Positions 33,904 to 47,800 of a DNA stretch of 64,000 bases are shown piece after piece. Under the pieces are notes generated by a model, which was not told the origin of the DNA, searched no databases, and was given only the letters and a program-made list of their open reading frames with translations. Each line of letters starts with the position of its first letter. Positions within the stretch are counted from its first letter, which is position 1. Both the position numbers and the translations under genes were made by a program. The DNA is from Amoebophrya sp. A120 (lineage: Eukaryota; Protista; Dinoflagellata), in NCBI GenBank assembly GCA_905178155.1, contig CAJINV010000004.1:690629-754628 (forward strand), in the 5' to 3' direction.

Positions 33904-34555
33904 TTTTTTTCATTGGTCGTTTCTTTTGCTGTGATTGTCACCTGAGTATTTGCTGAAAAGTAACACGAAATCATGGAAACGCAAGCATCAGGACATTGCC
34001 ATGTTGAAGACACGGGTAAGTGAGCAAATGCGACGGGGGTAAAGTAAGTAAAGAAGGAACAACTTCGACAAGCGCGACGAGACCGGCCAGACAATGACAA
34101 GCCAGTACATGAGATGAAGCGGAAACTACAAGAAAGGTGGGAAACACCAGGAACGAGAGAAGAACTGTGGGGGAGAAGCTCTTCGTCCAACGAACGCATA
34201 AACGTCTGCTCGTCGTATGTGATACGCAGAGGCAACTCCTCGTACAAGAAGACGCACAGGGGTTGGAGTGGCTCTGTCTCCAACTCGCTTGACCCAGAAA
34301 CGTGCGGAACTCAGCCTGCCCATCTTTTGTCGAAGGTGAAGATTGTCGTGCGTGTGGTAAAGTCGTCGATCTTCTTGCAGCTGCAGAAGCTTATTTATTC
34401 GATCCTTTACTGTAGAAGAAGTTGAAGTTTTGGTTTTCTTGGATTGATGTTTTTCGTAGTTCTGCTTCCAATAGAACGTCAATGTCCTGGCTTAGCTCAG
34501 CACCGACAGGCACAGCTAATAAAACTTTGCGGGGGGGCAGTTCATTAGTCCCGTG

Positions 34556-37500
34556 TCAACTTCGACGCACATTGGTATCGTCTAGAACGATGAGGGAGTC
34601 GAGCTGCAAGGCCACGGTTTCGCGGTAGTGCCGGTGCCGCTCTGGGGAAATCAAATCGAGGTCGCTTTTGAAGTTCGATGACGCGTTGGTGGTTCTCGCA
34701 GATGTAACTATCTTCAAAGATCGCAGATTTTGAAACACCAGTCTCCGTGCCAGTTCTTCGATGGTCGTGGCATTCTCGTCGTTCACGTAGACCTCGCTGA
34801 AGAAATCCCCTAATGCCTGCAGGGTTTCGTCGTTTTGGTTAGTCCTTGCATCAAACGTGCTTTCACCTGGTGCTGGAGTTCTACTTTCATCGTCCTCGTC
34901 GGGACTACGATGCTGGCGTTGATCCACTTCATCTTCCAAGCCAACAAACCAGTCATTGTCACTGACATCCAGAATCGTCAGTGCGGTGAGGTGGCGCAAA
35001 GCGGCGATGCTGGGGAACAAGGTAAAGCAGGGCGAAGTAGTTGATGCTGTCGTGTTCGATTGCGCTGGCGCCGGTCGGTCTCTTTCGTCGACGTCACCTA
35101 CCGAAACAAAAACAGGGGTAGACGCCTCATCTGGTCGTTCCTCATCAACGTGAACATCAGCGCTCAGCACTCCTCTTCGCCCACCGCGACGACCCCGACC
35201 TAGCAAGTTCCTGCTCGCATTGAGTTGCTTCAGTTTCGGAAGCTGCTGCTGGTGCGCGTGAGTGGCCGTGGAGTTGAAGTCCAAATGCGTGATGCGGTTG
35301 TCCGAAATATCCAGGACAACTAAATTCTGCGGCAAGTCACCGCTCGAAAAAACACCCGACAGCTCGTTCTTCATCAGGTAGAGCTGCTGCAAGTTTCGCA
35401 ACGGTAACAGGGCCCCAGGTGGTTCTGGACGAAGTGAAGCGTGAGAGCTACTAGGGGTAGGGCCAGGCCCTTCTTTCGTCACAGACAACACGCCGGCGGT
35501 CATGCTTGTGAAAAAGGAGCTCAGTGTAGATTTTGCAGCGTCGAGAACTGCACCACCAGTGGTCGCTGCAGGTAATCGTAATGCTGTGTCGGATTCGGGG
35601 TCGTCGACTGGGTTGTGCGTGGGACTTGCTTTGGTGCCGCCTGTAGGATTACCGTCTGGGCGGGAAGTAGAAGCTCTCGGGTCCTCTCCCTCTGCGACGT
35701 CAATTTGTTGGCTTTCTTTGCCGTCTTCGTCGACCGGCAGAGCTATTTCGCCTGGCATCTTCCCGGCCCCTGGCGACCGGATCTTCGGTTGCTGAGAGGC
35801 CGCAGGAGCTTCTTCCTCGTTGTCCACATTTTTTTCGAACACTCCAGCACGTAGTTGATCTTCGTCCACCTCGGGTACCTGGATGGGTGTACCCTCCTCT
35901 TCCAGCAGCCCAAGCACATAATTCTTCTGCGGCTCGAAATCATCTACCGGCGGAGCAGAAAAGGAATTGGTAGCTTGAGCAAGAACCTCATTTGTAGAGA
36001 GCCTCCGGTCATCGTCATGTTCTTGCGATTGTGGTGGAGGTTCTCGTGCGTCGGTCGAGGTGCCTCTCCTGTTCTCGACATGCTCCGTTTCTAGAACTAC
36101 ACGGCTCGTTGTCTTCTTGTCCAGCACCCGCCCATCTCTAGCCATGGAGCCACTAGCAGCTCCTCCACCTCGTCCACTACATACGCCTCCAGCTGCATCC
36201 TGTTCGTTTCGAGCTTTTTTACGTCCACCGAGGGCACTGTCAAAGGTCTTCAAGGTCCGCAAACCGCAATTATCCAGAAACAGCGTCTCCAGCTGCAACG
36301 GACTGGACAAGAAATAAAATGAGGCATCTTGCTTTGTTTCTGCGAAAAGACCATAGTAGAACCGGTGCTGATCTTGATTCTGCTCGTCCTTATTTGCGTT
36401 TGTCCATAAAGACCAGCCACCTGCACCTGCACGGGACGAAGCCGGATGAATACCGCTGCTTTCGTTGTCACGACCTCCAATCTCGGCGACGCCGCTAGTA
36501 CTGGTAGCTTCATTTCCACCAAAGTAACCAGACCACCACAAGGACGAAGTTTGCTGTTCATCTCGTTCATCTTCGGCACCTAGTAGTGAAAACACACCCG
36601 GGGCGAACCCGCGAAGCTTGAAATTCGACAGCACCAGCTCCGTGTTGAACTCGGTGTGGTGCGCAAACCCATTGCGCTCGCGCAGGATTTTCTCGACTAA
36701 CTGCTTGGTTAAGAGTGGTCGGCGGTCGGAAGATTCTAATTCTGCTGGTGATAGTACGTCATTTTCAGGTGCTGCGGTGTGCAGCTGTCCACCTCGTCGT
36801 GTAGTAGAGTTATGCGCCGGCGCTCCGGCAGCTATGGTCGCTATTGTTTTAGCACCCGGGGCACCAGGATCTCCTTCCTGCGGGCAGTCAGCATCTCGGT
36901 CGGGGGCGGAACCAGAAGCGCAGCTACTGTCTTCGTCTTTCGTGCCTTCGGTTTCAACAGCTCCAGCTGTTGCCTGGTGCACAAATTTCAAACTGCGAGC
37001 AGCACCCGCGGAGGCGCCGATCCCGCCCAAGCTTGCACGAAGCGAAGCCGTGTAGTCACTGATCATAGTCGGCTTGTCGTGAAGGGAGGAATGTGATTGT
37101 GAATGTCAGAACGCAGAGGACGAAGAGATGGAAATAGAGTAAGAGTGCACATGAGTGAGAGCGGCTGCTTGCGCAAAGCCACGGAAAATCGCAACACATC
37201 AAAACAGGGTAGCGAACGGAGGAGGGTAGTATAGATAGGTAGGTGAACGAGCAGAAGCAGGGCCGGAAATGGGTGAGGCTGTCTATGTTGTGAGGGCGCT
37301 CGTGTACTTTTATACAAGGGTGGAATGGGCGGAGGTGATAGTAATAAGAGTGACGGGGCGGGGTGAAGTTCGTCAGGGTTCGATGGGTGCCTGGTGGTAC
37401 CACGCAGCGTTGGAGTTAGAAGTGAAAGAACATCAACATGCCTCAAAAAATGCATATGCAACACACATAAGAACTTACGCGACGTAAAGAATGCATACTA

Positions 37501-39671
37501 TCCTTTATCTGCTCTAGTGCAATAAAATACTCAGCGAAGGAGCTCCCACCTAAACCTATCGCTCGATCTCGATAATACATCTTCTCCCGTGTCCTCTTCA
37601 GCTTCTCAATCTCAACCGACGTGTACTAATTTCTAGAAGAACTGGTGCGGACCTCTTCCACGAAACAACATGCTGCTAGTAAGCAGGTCTAGTACATCAA
37701 CGTAACGCATCAACAAGAGTCGAAAACAAAAACTTAAACTGTATAGTACCTCCGGATGATGACGACGACAGCACTGTTCCACTATGATTTGCTGGAACAA
37801 GGTTTTGATGGCTCGCTTGCTCCTTCAATGCAGCCTCCACCTGGACTCGTTCCTCCGGAGTCAGCAAACTGTCCCGCTTCAGCATCAGCTTACAAACGGC
37901 GCGCCCATTACCGCCGAGACCCGAGAACGAGACCCGGACGAAGCCAAAACGAGGCCAGGCCTGTCGCTTTTTGGCATTCGCGCGGGCGCCGACAACGTCG
38001 CGGCCGGGGGCTGTGTAGCTCTACTCCATGCCGCCGGCGCGTGGTCCCTGCAACTGCCTCAGAATGACGAGCGCGCCCCGCGGAGTCTAAATTATTTTCT
38101 TCATATTGATGCCCATACTGGGGCATGGGCCACGGGGCTATCGATTCGCGGGCAGCATGCCACGCGGCCCAAATTTTGAGCCGCATCGGATTGCGACCAG
38201 AAAGATAGTACCCGCGCTAGTCAATGACCACGCCAGAGCTCGTCTACCGGGTGCCCCCACCTAGACGCCGCTCGCTGTCCAAAATAAGAAAGTCCTCGCG
38301 CCTGCTGCGGAAGTTGGGCCCATGCCCCTGCTGCAGATAATGGCCCAGAACGGTCCGAAAGGGCGCAGGCCAAAACGAAGCCAAAACCAGGCCAAAACGA
38401 AGCCAAAGCCGTCCGAAAAAAATGCGGCCAAGCCTTGCAACTTTTTGCCGGAAAGATGAGGCCCAGAATTAGGCCGCGGGGCCTCGTTTTGGCCTCGTCT
38501 GGGCCTCGTTTTGGTGTCGCTTCCACGGCGGCACGGCAGCGCGAGCCGGGCGACGACAAAAATCCAAAACTTATCGCGTTCCCCTTCCAGACACGAAACG
38601 CGGTTGCCTGGCCTCGTTTTGGCCTCGTTTTGGCCTCGTTCTGGCTTCGTTTTGGCCTCGGCTTTTTTGCCCTTTGGCTTCGTTTTGGCCTCGTTTTGGC
38701 TTCGGTTTTCCGGCGATGCCGGCAAGGGGTGGACGCGTGCAAATATCTACTGGGCCAAAGTGCGGCCGTAACGATTTGAATATAGCAGGCACTGCGCGGG
38801 GCGCTGGGGCTTCGCATAGTAGCCACAGGCAGGCAAGACGAAAGCGGCGCCCCCTGGGCATGTGGGAAGCGCAAAGCGCTGCGACGCCGACAGCCAGGGC
38901 CTTTTGCGTTTGCTGTAGTGCCATGCGGCTCAAAAATTGAGCCCGGCGGCACGCTGCGTCGCCGGCGGGCTTCTCCCTATGCTTAAGGCGATGCGCCCGA
39001 GCCCACAGAGCGAACAACGCAAATGGCGCCCCCGCTTACTTGCAGCAGAAACGCCAGAGGCTGGGGGCCCTGTAAACGTCTCGGCCGACCACTATGGGAA
39101 AACTTGCCGGCGTTTTGCGTTGCCAGAGGTGGGCCCTTGTAAAAGCTGCCCGATTGGCTTCGTTTTGGCTTCGTCCTGGTCTCGTTATCGTGCGAGGACG
39201 GTAACGGGGGTCGCCGTTTGTAATCAGCTCCCGGTTGAGGTTCGTGTTGCGGTGCAGCTGCACGATGTCCTGGGCTACCTGCTTGGTGACGAACAAGTGG
39301 TCTTTGGAATCTTCCTCGTGCGAGTGAGGTAGTAGAGAGGCATCATCTTCTACTTCTGGGTCCCCGTCCTTGATGACCAGGTTTTTGTGATGGTCTTGAC
39401 TCGTCGAGCCGGGGGCATGATTTCCTCCTTCCTCCTCCTGCGACAAAGACAAGGAGGCTCCGCGCGGCAATGCCTGCTGTGCTCCGGAATCAGCAGGTGG
39501 AGAGGCCAGCCGGCCAGCCACGAGCTCCTGTGATGCTGGTGGTGGAACAGCAGCAGTGGGTGGTTGCTCGTCATCGTGTGCTCCAGGTCCAGCTCCAGGT
39601 AGTTGGCCTGCATGATTTTCTGGGGAGCTGCCGTCGTGGATCCCCGGATTCGTGAAGGTGGTGGGGAACAT
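34556..39671 (-). CDS. Leucine-rich-repeat protein resembling DNAAF1/LRRC50; exon structure only partly resolved
   Basis: LRRs LETLFLDNCGL, LQQLYLMKNEL, LVVLDISDNRI, LKQLNASRNLL and LTILDVSDN; LRRcap-like HYRETVALQLDSLIVLDD; N-terminal LTKQLVEKIL..EFNTELVL. The link between the upstream exons (39671-39224 and 37889 to about 37750) and the 37066 ORF, and the 3' end, are uncertain. Confidence 0.6.
37890..39223. mobile_element. Large foldback-like introner (1334 bp)
   Basis: About 65-bp imperfect TIR starting TTACAAACGGCG..AACGAGACC(C/A)GGACGAAGCCAAAACGA; TSD tcagc; internal 11-bp GCCAAAACGA(A/G) arrays in both orientations; restores NREL-MLKRDS. Confidence 0.92.
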
Positions 39672-41850
39672 CTTCGTGCTTGATGTAGCAGTCCAGGGTC
39701 AACAATAAAACGTCGTGACTTCTATGGCCGTGCAGAAAGTAGAATGCAGCCAAGACAGGACGAAGTAACAAGTAGATGGTGGTGGAGTCGAGTAAACGAT
39801 CTACTCCTTCAGCAATGCTTCTGTTCTACAGTCACGTAACAAAGCCGCCGGCAATCTGGGCGGTCGTCCGCGCGAAAAGGATTCTTTTTCATCAAGCTGG
39901 AAAGCGGTGGACACACGCAGCAACCACTGGCACACGATAAAGTTGAAGTTCTTGTCAATAAAGTATTTCTTGAGTACTGTTACTTATTAGTAGGAGGTCG
40001 CTTGGTCGTACTCCGCCAACAGTGCGTCCTTGGATATTTTCTGTCCCCATCAATTCTAGAAAAAACCATTTCTACTGTCTGGATGGTCACCGGAAAGCAG
40101 AACTTCTAGTGAATTGAATCTACACTTTCAAATTGAAATCGAATTCGCATATAACGTTTTGTTCAAGCTGCAGAAGAAAATAACGTGTAGCAAGCCTGCT
40201 ATTGAAAAAAAGCTGCTACAAATCAATCACAAGCTCATTCTCAACAACGGGTTCTTCACTTTTCACCACCTCCTCTGTTCTTGTCAATTTCACACAATAA
40301 CGGCAAAAGCCTATTATCACAATCAACAAGCAGCAACTACTCTCCTCATCGTCTCTTTGAAGCAGCTCTGCAGCAACATCAAAGCTCATCACATATGCAA
40401 CACGCGCAAGACAGTCTCGACCTTTTTTTCCGTCTCGCCAACAATTAATTTAACGAGACGACGAGCGAAGGCGAAATCTCAATATATCACGAACGAGGAG
40501 AACAATATGGCATCAAACTTGCTCCACCAATCCTAGGACGAGTGAATTATCAACCGGGACAGGTCACCGGCACTGCTCGTCCACTCCGCTGCCTCAGCCT
40601 CATAAAAGAGGTCTTCACAAGCTTTGACGTCTCTCGTCCTAGAAAAAAGTTGTTGAATTCAAAATTATCAAATCAGAAAAGTCTGTCATCACCACGAATG
40701 GTGCGCTGAGACATGACCAAAGCGATCGAAACTGTGGCCCACTTTGGGCTTCTTTTGGCTATTTGTCGGGGAAAATTTCTAGTATCGAAGCGGCATCGAC
40801 GAGGGGTCGAGGTGAAAATACGATCATTTTAATTTTATTCAATTTGATGGCTATTTGAAGATTTCCATTTCGCTTTGGAAGAAAACTACACCGAAAAATT
40901 TGTCCACCTCCACGACGAGGGCTCTGCGTAAACTGTAGTTTGTTTCTGCTCTGTGTCAGCGTCTGTCCCGCGGTTCATTCTGAGAAATAAAACAAGCACA
41001 GAAGGCGACATGCTAGAATCGGGAAATATCTAACGGAGCCAGCACTGCTTTTCATTTTAGCATTGATTCTTCTGAGTTCTGGGTGCACTTTTAAAACACA
41101 TGGAAACAAAAAAAAGTTCGCGTTAAGTTCTTCGAGTCTGTCAAGTAAAACTAAAAGTAGCGCCACGACTGTGACTGTGACTTCAAACTCAAAATCCACA
41201 AACATAAATCGTGAAGATCAGCTGCAGAAGGGCGGGATCAAACAAATCAAACTGCTCGGTACCATTAGATTGAAGTCATATTTTCCGCTACCTCGTTTTC
41301 ACTTGCTAACAACTACTAGTAAAGTAGAGAGCTGTCGCTCTGCTTCTCCTGTATCGTTCAGATTCGTTTTTCAAAAAAGTATTACACCACGCTCTTGAGG
41401 AGCTTGAGGGTGGTCCTTGAATGTACGAAAAAACTTTTAGAGCGGAGGCTTGTTGCAAGAAAACATTCAAAATATTGTATTTCTTCGCCCAATAAAGAAA
41501 CAGGAAATTTTCCGACTCGATGGTCGGCAAGAAAAGGTGGAAACGCTAGAAAACATCCGACGACAAACAAATTCGGCGACTGCGATTAGATGTTTTTAGT
41601 TCACGAAGCTCCACTCTGCTGTGGGTGTCTTTGGATATCGTACAAAAATTCATCCTGATGTTCATTGTGTACCAAAGAATAATGTCAATGATAGAAAAGG
41701 GAATAAACTCAAATGATTTGTATCAAAATTTTCATCCAGCACCACTGGTGCTGGTGACCATCACCTAAAAATCGTACACCCGGATGAAAAACAAGTACTT
41801 GCTATCCTAATACCAGTTCACTTTTTCATTTTTTCAATCCTACCATTTCT

Positions 41851-44800
41851 TCACTTTTTCTGTTTCTTCGCCGGCGGCGGCTTCGCGACGTCGTCCGCCA
41901 ACAGGTCATCTTCTTCGTCTACGATTTCATCGTCGCCGTCGTCGTCAGAGTGGTTTTCCCCCACTTGTTGTTCTTCAACTTCATCATCTGCATCTCCAAC
42001 GAAATCCATCGCAGCGTCCTCGTCCTGCTCGTTTGCTTCTTGGTGCGGTGCGGCCATTTCAACATCTGGTGCATCAAAAGCATCCACTTGATCCACCGAC
42101 GTGATCCGTGCAGCTTTATCATCCTTCTGCTTGTTTTCATCGCCGTTTGTCCGGCTACGCTTATTGCTTTGACGAGGATCGTGCCGGCCAGCCGACATAG
42201 ATTGCGGGATGATCTGCGCACGACCATCGCTCCTCGCTGAAGCCGACTGATTCAAGAAGGAAGACTGGTTCAGACTTTTACCGGTTGTATTTGCAGCTCC
42301 ATCTTCAGGACCCAGCAACTGATTCCCGCTCTGCATGGAGAGAAGATGACTGCTTGTTCCCGTTAGAAGTCCCGACGTCGCTGCACCAGAGTTGTTCATG
42401 AAGAGAACAGAGGTATCTCCGTAGTTTCTCATGATCTCGTCAAAGGAAAGCGAGTTGCTCAGAAAGGTTTTCGCGAGAAACAGTTGCGCGCCCGACCGCT
42501 TGTGCGTGGACTGGAGCAGCATCGAGTTCACGTCTTGCGTGGATGCGGGGGGTTGCTGGAGGTGGTTGTAGTTCTTTTTGTCCTTATTTCTCGAAGAAGT
42601 AGGTGGACCTCCAGATGAGTCCTTGTTTTGTCCATTCTTGCTTGTCGCCTTGGCTAACAGCTGCTGCATCACGAGCAGCTCCTGTTCGCCGGACGAAGTG
42701 GAAGACTTGGAAGCGGCCTTGTTGTTGCCTTTGCTTTTCTTCCCTTTTATCAACTGCAAAAATGTCATCTAGGTCTGGAAGAATCCAAGATTTGCCATGC
42801 ATATTTCTCACGACCCATGATGCCTGTAATGCGTGACCTAGCATCGCAGACTTTTAGAGGGCTTCGTGATGCACCTTCCGCATCCTGTCCGTGTAGCACA
42901 AATCGCACTCCCCTCTTGCTGGTCATGCAATACAAATTTTTTTACAGTCCAAAAACAGCATGACAAGTTCCAATCTTCCAGACCCAGACATTTTTGCAGT
43001 TGATACCTTTCACGAAACTGTCCATTTCCTGGTCCACGTAGTCCTGTAAGACCGAAGAAAATTCGAAGTCCAGGCTGAAGGAGTTGTGATTTTTCACATT
43101 TTTATCATGTTCTACTTCCATGACATCACCATGCGCGCCGGATGCGGTCGACTGGTTCAGGCTCTTGTTGAACAACAAGTCTTCCTTTTTCATCGCAGCC
43201 GAGGCAGACACGACACCTCCAGACAGCAGTACTTTGCTCAAGATCTCCTTTTGCAGCAGGCTCTTCCGCGACTGGGCCGTCAACCGCGCGACGAAAGGTT
43301 CAAGAACGTAGCCCAGGAAGGCGCTGTCAACAGTAGAAGTTTTTGTTTTATCCATGATCATCATGTTGTTTTTGCTTCTGGTCCTCTTCATCTTCCTTCC
43401 ACAGTAGTTCCGTAGCTCGAGTTTCACGATTTCGTAGTACTCTCTATACTCCGCCTTGGGGATTTGCACCGGGCAGTAGGTCTTCAGCCACAGGGAATTG
43501 AGGATCTTGGTCCGAAAATGCGCCAGCTTCTGTTCGATCGAGGGGATGCGGATCTTATTTGCACTCTTGTTGGTCATGTTACTAGTCTTCCCCAGCGCCA
43601 CGTCTTCAAACGAAAGTTCTGGTTTTTCTTTTTTAGGTCCTGTGTGGAGCAGCCCACCGTTTGGTTTCTGCAGCAGGTAGTGCTCCGCGTTGGAGCAGGA
43701 AGCCGAGCGGGAGTGAGAGGAGACAGCGGAGTGCTTCGTGAGCCCGCCCCGCGGGAGCGACAAACCCGCTGTTGCACCTGAAATAGAAGTAGAAGCAGTA
43801 TCTTCTTATCATGAAGCTCATGTGCAATGGCAATACATAGATACATAGTGACCACAGGGAGACATTTTGGTGCTGACGCTATTTCATAACGCGCCGCCGA
43901 CGTCGGCAGCTATGAAAATGATGAAAACAAAGATGGTGATGAAGTGCTGATGCTGCTCCTCTTGTTCTGTAACTGAATTCTGCACGTCAGCATGAACTTC
44001 TTATCATACCTGACAAAGGCAATGCAGTCCCGCGCCCGCCATCCATTGCGCCCATCAAGTCCGAAAATCCCATGCCGTGCCCCAACACGCACCAGTTGTA
44101 GTGGCGCTTCGCTTATCCTCGGCAAAAGTATCGCACAACTCGCTTTGATTGCAGTCATCGTCATGCATATACAGCAGGTTTAAATCTAATTTCTTCTACT
44201 TCTACTTCATCACCCGTCCACACAATGTCAAACAACGTGAATACTACAAGTCGTCATGCAATTTTAGAACTAAGCAGTACAACAGACACTTTTGCATGTT
44301 GCATATTGCCACATCGAAGAAGGTCCGCAGTATCTCCGCCACAGGGAGGTTTTTCTTCGCACGCACAATCAAAAACCGCGCCGCGGCGGCGGACGCTTCC
44401 AGAAAGCGGTCTGCTGGTAGCCCGCTGGTGTTCGAAGTGGAGGTGGCCCGCAGGGCATAATGATCCTCGTGAAGATCATTGTTTGCATCTTGATCTTGTC
44501 CACCATTGTTCCTGTCATGGTCCACTTCCATACCAGTTCCGGTTTCGATCACCGTGCCAGAGTTAGTACTTCCAACATCCTCAAAGAACAACTCCCGCAC
44601 GCAACTTGTTTTCGCGTGTTCCTGGAGAGGTATATGAAGCGGTAAAGTGTTAACGTTATCTAACGGCTTTGGTTTTCACAGGACAAGAATGCAGCTTGTT
44701 TTTCCCATCACGCACAAACAGTATCACGCAATGCAAATTTCAGGAATGTGTTTCAGATTTAGTACCTACGTGTTTGTGTAGGAACTCTTACTGCATGCGG

Positions 44801-47800
44801 ATGTGCATCACAAATCCCGTTGATTAACGTTAACACTTTATTTCGCTGGGATAAACCACGCGGGTGAGGGCGTTGCCGAGCGGGAAGTGGGTGCGCTCGC
44901 CAATCAGGAGAATGAGAGCGTTGAGTTGCACTTCTGCTTGGCGACTGCTGATCGTGGTCAAGGTTGTACTTGAAAGAGTTGTTCCCGTCACGACCTGTGT
45001 AGTTGCTGCAACCATGTTGAAGAAAAGGGAAAAGAGTGCAGGAATTTTCGCGGTACTTCTGCTTTCTTCGCTAGTAGAGGTGGAGCAGAAACTCTGGCGA
45101 CTAACATTTGCGTAGTTCCCAGAAAACTCCGTGAAGAGTTTCGCGCGAAACGCTTCAAAGTTATCGGACATCAAATCGCTGGATTCCAGATTGATGATAT
45201 CTTCCGGGAAGAGCTGGGAACGGGAAATAAAGCTATCTCTCCTACTAGCTCCGACGTCGGTATTTTTCGCGTTGTTTAGCTTGTCCATGTGGTCCTCTAC
45301 GTCCATCTCATTCCCATCGTCGTCCGTTCCGGACATCCCGGCTCCTTCGAAAGCCCGACAAGAACTCCCCGCGGAGAACGCACGACCGAAAAAGGCCTGG
45401 TCCCGCAACTATGGAAAGAAAAAAGTTTGTCACAGTCACTAACTTGCAGGTTTTGCATTACAAATTTTTTTAGCATCACAAGTCTTCCTTGTATTGCAGA
45501 AACACTAGGGAAATCCTCTATGAAGCTTGGCTGTCATGCATTTTTACGCATGGCAGCCAATTTTGTATTGCAAAAATGCGCATGAGTGATCGTGACGAAC
45601 TTTTTTTGTTTGATATCAACCGGCAGAACTGCAATCGGAAAAACTGTACCGCCTTCGCCATGATCTCGTTCGAAAGGAGGTCCTCTCCTGGGTCGTCCCT
45701 GCTCCTGGGACTGCTTTCCATGATGAGAAGAATCGCTAGACCGAGAAACGCACAACACGTAGAGGTTTGCTCGGAAGAACAAAGGTTGAGCGATTTCTTT
45801 TGCGCGCTCGTCGGCGGCGTTCGTGCTTGCAGTTGCTTCTGATGTTGTCCGCTGTTGTTTTTTTCCTCATCCTCGTCTTCAGCGTCGGCAGCGGCTGGTT
45901 TTTCGCCTACGGTTGTAGCTGCCCCTGCTACACTCTTCGCGCAGCGCTCCAAAATGTAGGCAATACGGTCGAGCAACTTTCGTTCCAGGAATGCTTTGTT
46001 GACCTTGTTGTTGCGCCGCTCATCTGCAGAAGCTCTTCCCGAGCCGAATGGAGAAAAACCCGCTGCGCCATCTTTTTTGGCGGCAGCCACCGCGGCCATG
46101 TCCGCCTGTTCTGCACCACCACCGTCTCCTTGAGCGTCGACGCTCATCTCGTCTGCATCTAATCTCGATTTCATCATCTCTTCAGATGAGGGTTGGGCAT
46201 TATTCATCCCCTCGACCAACAACTGTGCGCCAGATGAAGCTGCGCTCGCGTAGTTCGTGTAAAGGTTGAACAAGGTGGTCAGGACGAACAGGGCTGTTTC
46301 ATCATCTTCCGGGCAGCTCGCCTGTCCGCGGAACAACGCCGTGGCCGCACCTTCGCCAATTTTCGCAGCATTCTTGTTACTGCTGTGGCCGTCAAAATGG
46401 TCGAAAACGGCAGCGAAGAGCTCGCTATTCTGTAACATCAAACCGTCGTGGTTTTCGTCAGCATGGTCTTCTTGTTCTACCTGTTTTTTATTACTATGAC
46501 CTCCCGACGCCGACAAAGTAGAGTCCTGGAAGACGGCTATTCCTGGAATGGTCGACAAAGCCGCGACTTTCTGTGCCAAAGACCGAAGAAGTAACACACG
46601 ATTGCTCCTGCTCGATACGTTTGTTTCAACGACATGCTCGATTTTGTTGCGTTTTTCGTGGTCCTTCTTTCCTTTCACAGGAGGATGTCCTCGCTTGGAA
46701 TTTTTCGTTTTCTTGGATGATCGATTGATGTCCTTCGTAGCGTCCTCGTCGTTCTCGAAAATGCCGTGCATTTTAATGTCATCCTTACCCTGCACGTGGT
46801 CCAACTCGGCCCGCAGTTCAACAAACTTTCGCAAGCAATCAAGCCAAACCTCGCGGAGCGTCTGTTGGAAGCGGGCAGAATTTGTTTTAGAGGACTCTAG
46901 AAGTTCTTGTGCGACGAGAAGCCGGTCTGCATTTTTCCTCTCTATTGCTAAAGATGATCCAGAACCAGATCCACCACCAAGCTCTTCTTCACTTGCCGTC
47001 GACGCGGCTAGAAGCACCGCCTTGCCAACAGCCAGGACCTGGGCGCCGCTCTGCAGGACGGGAAAAGACGTAAAGCTCAACGTCGCCGGAGCTGCAGTAC
47101 CACGTGGCTGGTGTGTGCCGTGGTTCTTTCCTTCCTCGTGTTGAAACAGTTTGTCCAGCACCGAGTTGGTAAGAACTTTCTGCAGCAAGCCAAAAAGGTG
47201 AAGAGCTTCCTGTTCCTGTCCTCGTGCTGCTGACAGGTGCAGGTGCTCGTCGTTTTCTTGTTCATTATTGTCTTGATGATCCTCACCCAGCAAAAGCTCT
47301 TTATTTTCCGCTGAGATGACCGGCTGTTGTTTTAATAAACCCACACCATTTGATGTTGATGTAGCAGCCCTGGCTGCAAGAATGCCGGCCCCGCAGAGGC
47401 TGTTGTGCAAGTTGTTCAAGGAGTTGCGCAGCACTGCGAACAGAGATAGCTGGAGTTGCTCCCGTAGCAGACGGTGCTGGAGAGAAGCGAATCTGTTGGA
47501 CTTTGATGATAATACTGCTGTTTGTTCATTGACGTCACCGACGTGATTCTCGGTTTCCAGCGTCCCATCCTGATTGCCGAAGGAATTCGCACTCGCGGCC
47601 CGTTTCAACTTCTGCAGTTCTGACCCTTCTTCATGTTGTTCCTGTTCTGCCAGGTCCTGATCGTTGTCCACGTTTGCCAGCCGCATGAGTTTTTCAAAAT
47701 TCCCCAGAAAGAAACGCAGGTCCTTGTTGTAGTGTACAAATAGCCAAGAGGTATTAAATTCATTGCCGTGCTGTAGTCCTTCGGTCCTCTCAACATCAAC

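Noticed and set aside
34391-34560. Stop-codon readthrough or an alternative genetic code as the explanation for broken ORFs
   Set aside because: Elsewhere the breaks coincide with element boundaries, and multi-kb ORFs are open in the standard code. A small unresolved intron is more likely here.
38221-39017. ORFs inside the 1.33-kb element as a possible transposase
   Set aside because: They are translations of the 11-bp repeat, with no DDE, HUH or recombinase motif visible.
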